The notes beneath the pieces are model-generated. The model worked only from the letters and a program-made list of their open reading frames with translations. It was not told the origin of the DNA and did not search any database. The translations under genes were made by a program, and so were the position numbers. A DNA stretch of 64,000 nucleotides from Fistulifera solaris (lineage: Eukaryota): assembly GCA_030295235.1 (NCBI GenBank), contig AP026164.1, forward strand, positions 2,418,001-2,482,000. Direction: 5' to 3'. This document shows positions 62,756 to 64,000 of this stretch, in pieces (within the stretch, counting starts at the first letter, position 1; each line of letters starts with the position of its first letter).

Positions 62756-63992
62756 CTACCTGCCATCGGTCTCTCGAAAGCGATTCGGTACGAAGCCAGT
62801 TGGCTTGTATTCAAATTCTATTCCAACGCATTCTAATCTTTGGAAAGTGGCCAAGTTTTCGGGTGAGACTGCACAGTAATTGATGTTGACGTAGGACGGG
62901 AGAAAGATCAGATCTAGCTCTGATTCGGGAAACTTGGCCGCGGGGCATTGATTCGGCTCTGTCGTGGAATTGCTCTGCGTTGGCACAAACGTGGATGACT
63001 GCGTTGTTGTGGGTGCCGATGTCAAGAACAAAAATTTAGACGGTGCGGGTGTCGGTTCTTCGATCCAGGATGGTGATGGTGATGGCGGTGCCGTTGTAGG
63101 TTGTATGGATGAATCCTCCACTAGTTCAGCTGAACTTTCTTCTTTCCTGCTGTCTGTGACCAATGGAGTCACAAAGACAAAGCCGATCATAACAAGTAGA
63201 CATGGAAGAAAATATATCGATTTTTGCCAATTGATCTTCTTTGATGGGTCGATAGGGCCGACAAGCTTTTGGTAAACTGTTGGGTCATAGGGAGGCTGTT
63301 TTTCCAAGTCAATCACCGAATCTACCGAATCATCGGTAACCATCGTCATCTTCAAGTCCAGTCCTGCCATATCCTTCTCAAATTGACGGAGAGGATCGTT
63401 GCTACTATCTTCATCTCCGTCAATACGTTTCTCATATAACTTTGAACGTCGTCCACCAAGTTGTTCTTTGTATTGCTGTATCGCTTTACCCTCTGTTGAG
63501 AGTGTGTCGTGTGTTGAATGACTCGAAAAAGTAAGTTCTTCATAGCAATTCTTGTCGACTGTCACTTCTCCGCAACTTTGACTGATTTCTCTGGCGTTGT
63601 GTAACAGAATGTGATCGGGATTCTCATAGCTTTGACTGCCAGATGCGATGTTTTGAGAGTGCAATTCTTTCGTAAATCTCGTGAGAGAACCTTTACGTTC
63701 TATGTTAGGATAAACGGCGGAGCTCCTTATCTCTTTTCTTGCGTTTTGTGCCTCGTTTTCCTTGGAAGAAATTGTTCCCCGGTTCTGGTTGTCGGGGTCG
63801 TCAAGAAGGGCTGTTAGCCGTGCGATTCCTGTTCGACTGGATTGCGACGGGGAAGGCGGTGGATCTATTCTTTGACGCATAGAAATCTGCAGTTATGGAC
63901 AATTCTTGAGCTTGTTTGATGGATCGAATGAAACGTGTTTGGTCATCCTTGATAGAAGGCGGTTTTGTTATGATTGTTGGCCTCCCCGACAA
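62756..63992 (-). CDS. Hypothetical single-pass (type II-like) membrane protein; both ends uncertain
   Basis: 374-aa ORF with one TM (IYFLPCLLVMIGFVFVTPLV) and a P/T/S stalk. ORF 63801-63992 may be its frameshifted 5' part. Confidence 0.55.
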
Positions 63993-64000
63993 AAAAAAAA

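Overview
Gene-dense eukaryotic nuclear DNA, most likely from a pennate diatom. This is inferred from short GT-AG introns, bipartite signal+'AF' plastid leaders, a CoDi-type Ty1/copia element and a plastid-type SLC4. Bases 1070-8181 are a full-length 7.1-kb Ty1/copia LTR retrotransposon (minus strand) inserted into the last codons of an ARMC6-like gene. It has 456-bp LTRs, a CAGTT target-site duplication, TG...GA termini, a half-tRNAiMet primer site, and a gag UAG followed by a stem-loop. The rest holds about 28 host genes, including a Cid1-family nucleotidyltransferase, PAS protein, small Tim, class C GPCR, PAC3, ARM paralogs, STAND ATPase, PPT1, Ariadne E3, SAP-PPR protein, a GT32 pair, ABCD, SLC4 and a PSP1-domain protein. 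Many genes carry single-base frameshifts, often in homopolymers, consistent with an unpolished assembly. Intergenic DNA carries two strongly over-represented palindromic motifs (TACCWGGTA; GACTG-N5-CAGTCATGAGTCATGA) and a short duplicated segment framed by 36-bp direct repeats. All family calls come from motif recognition by eye, not database searches.
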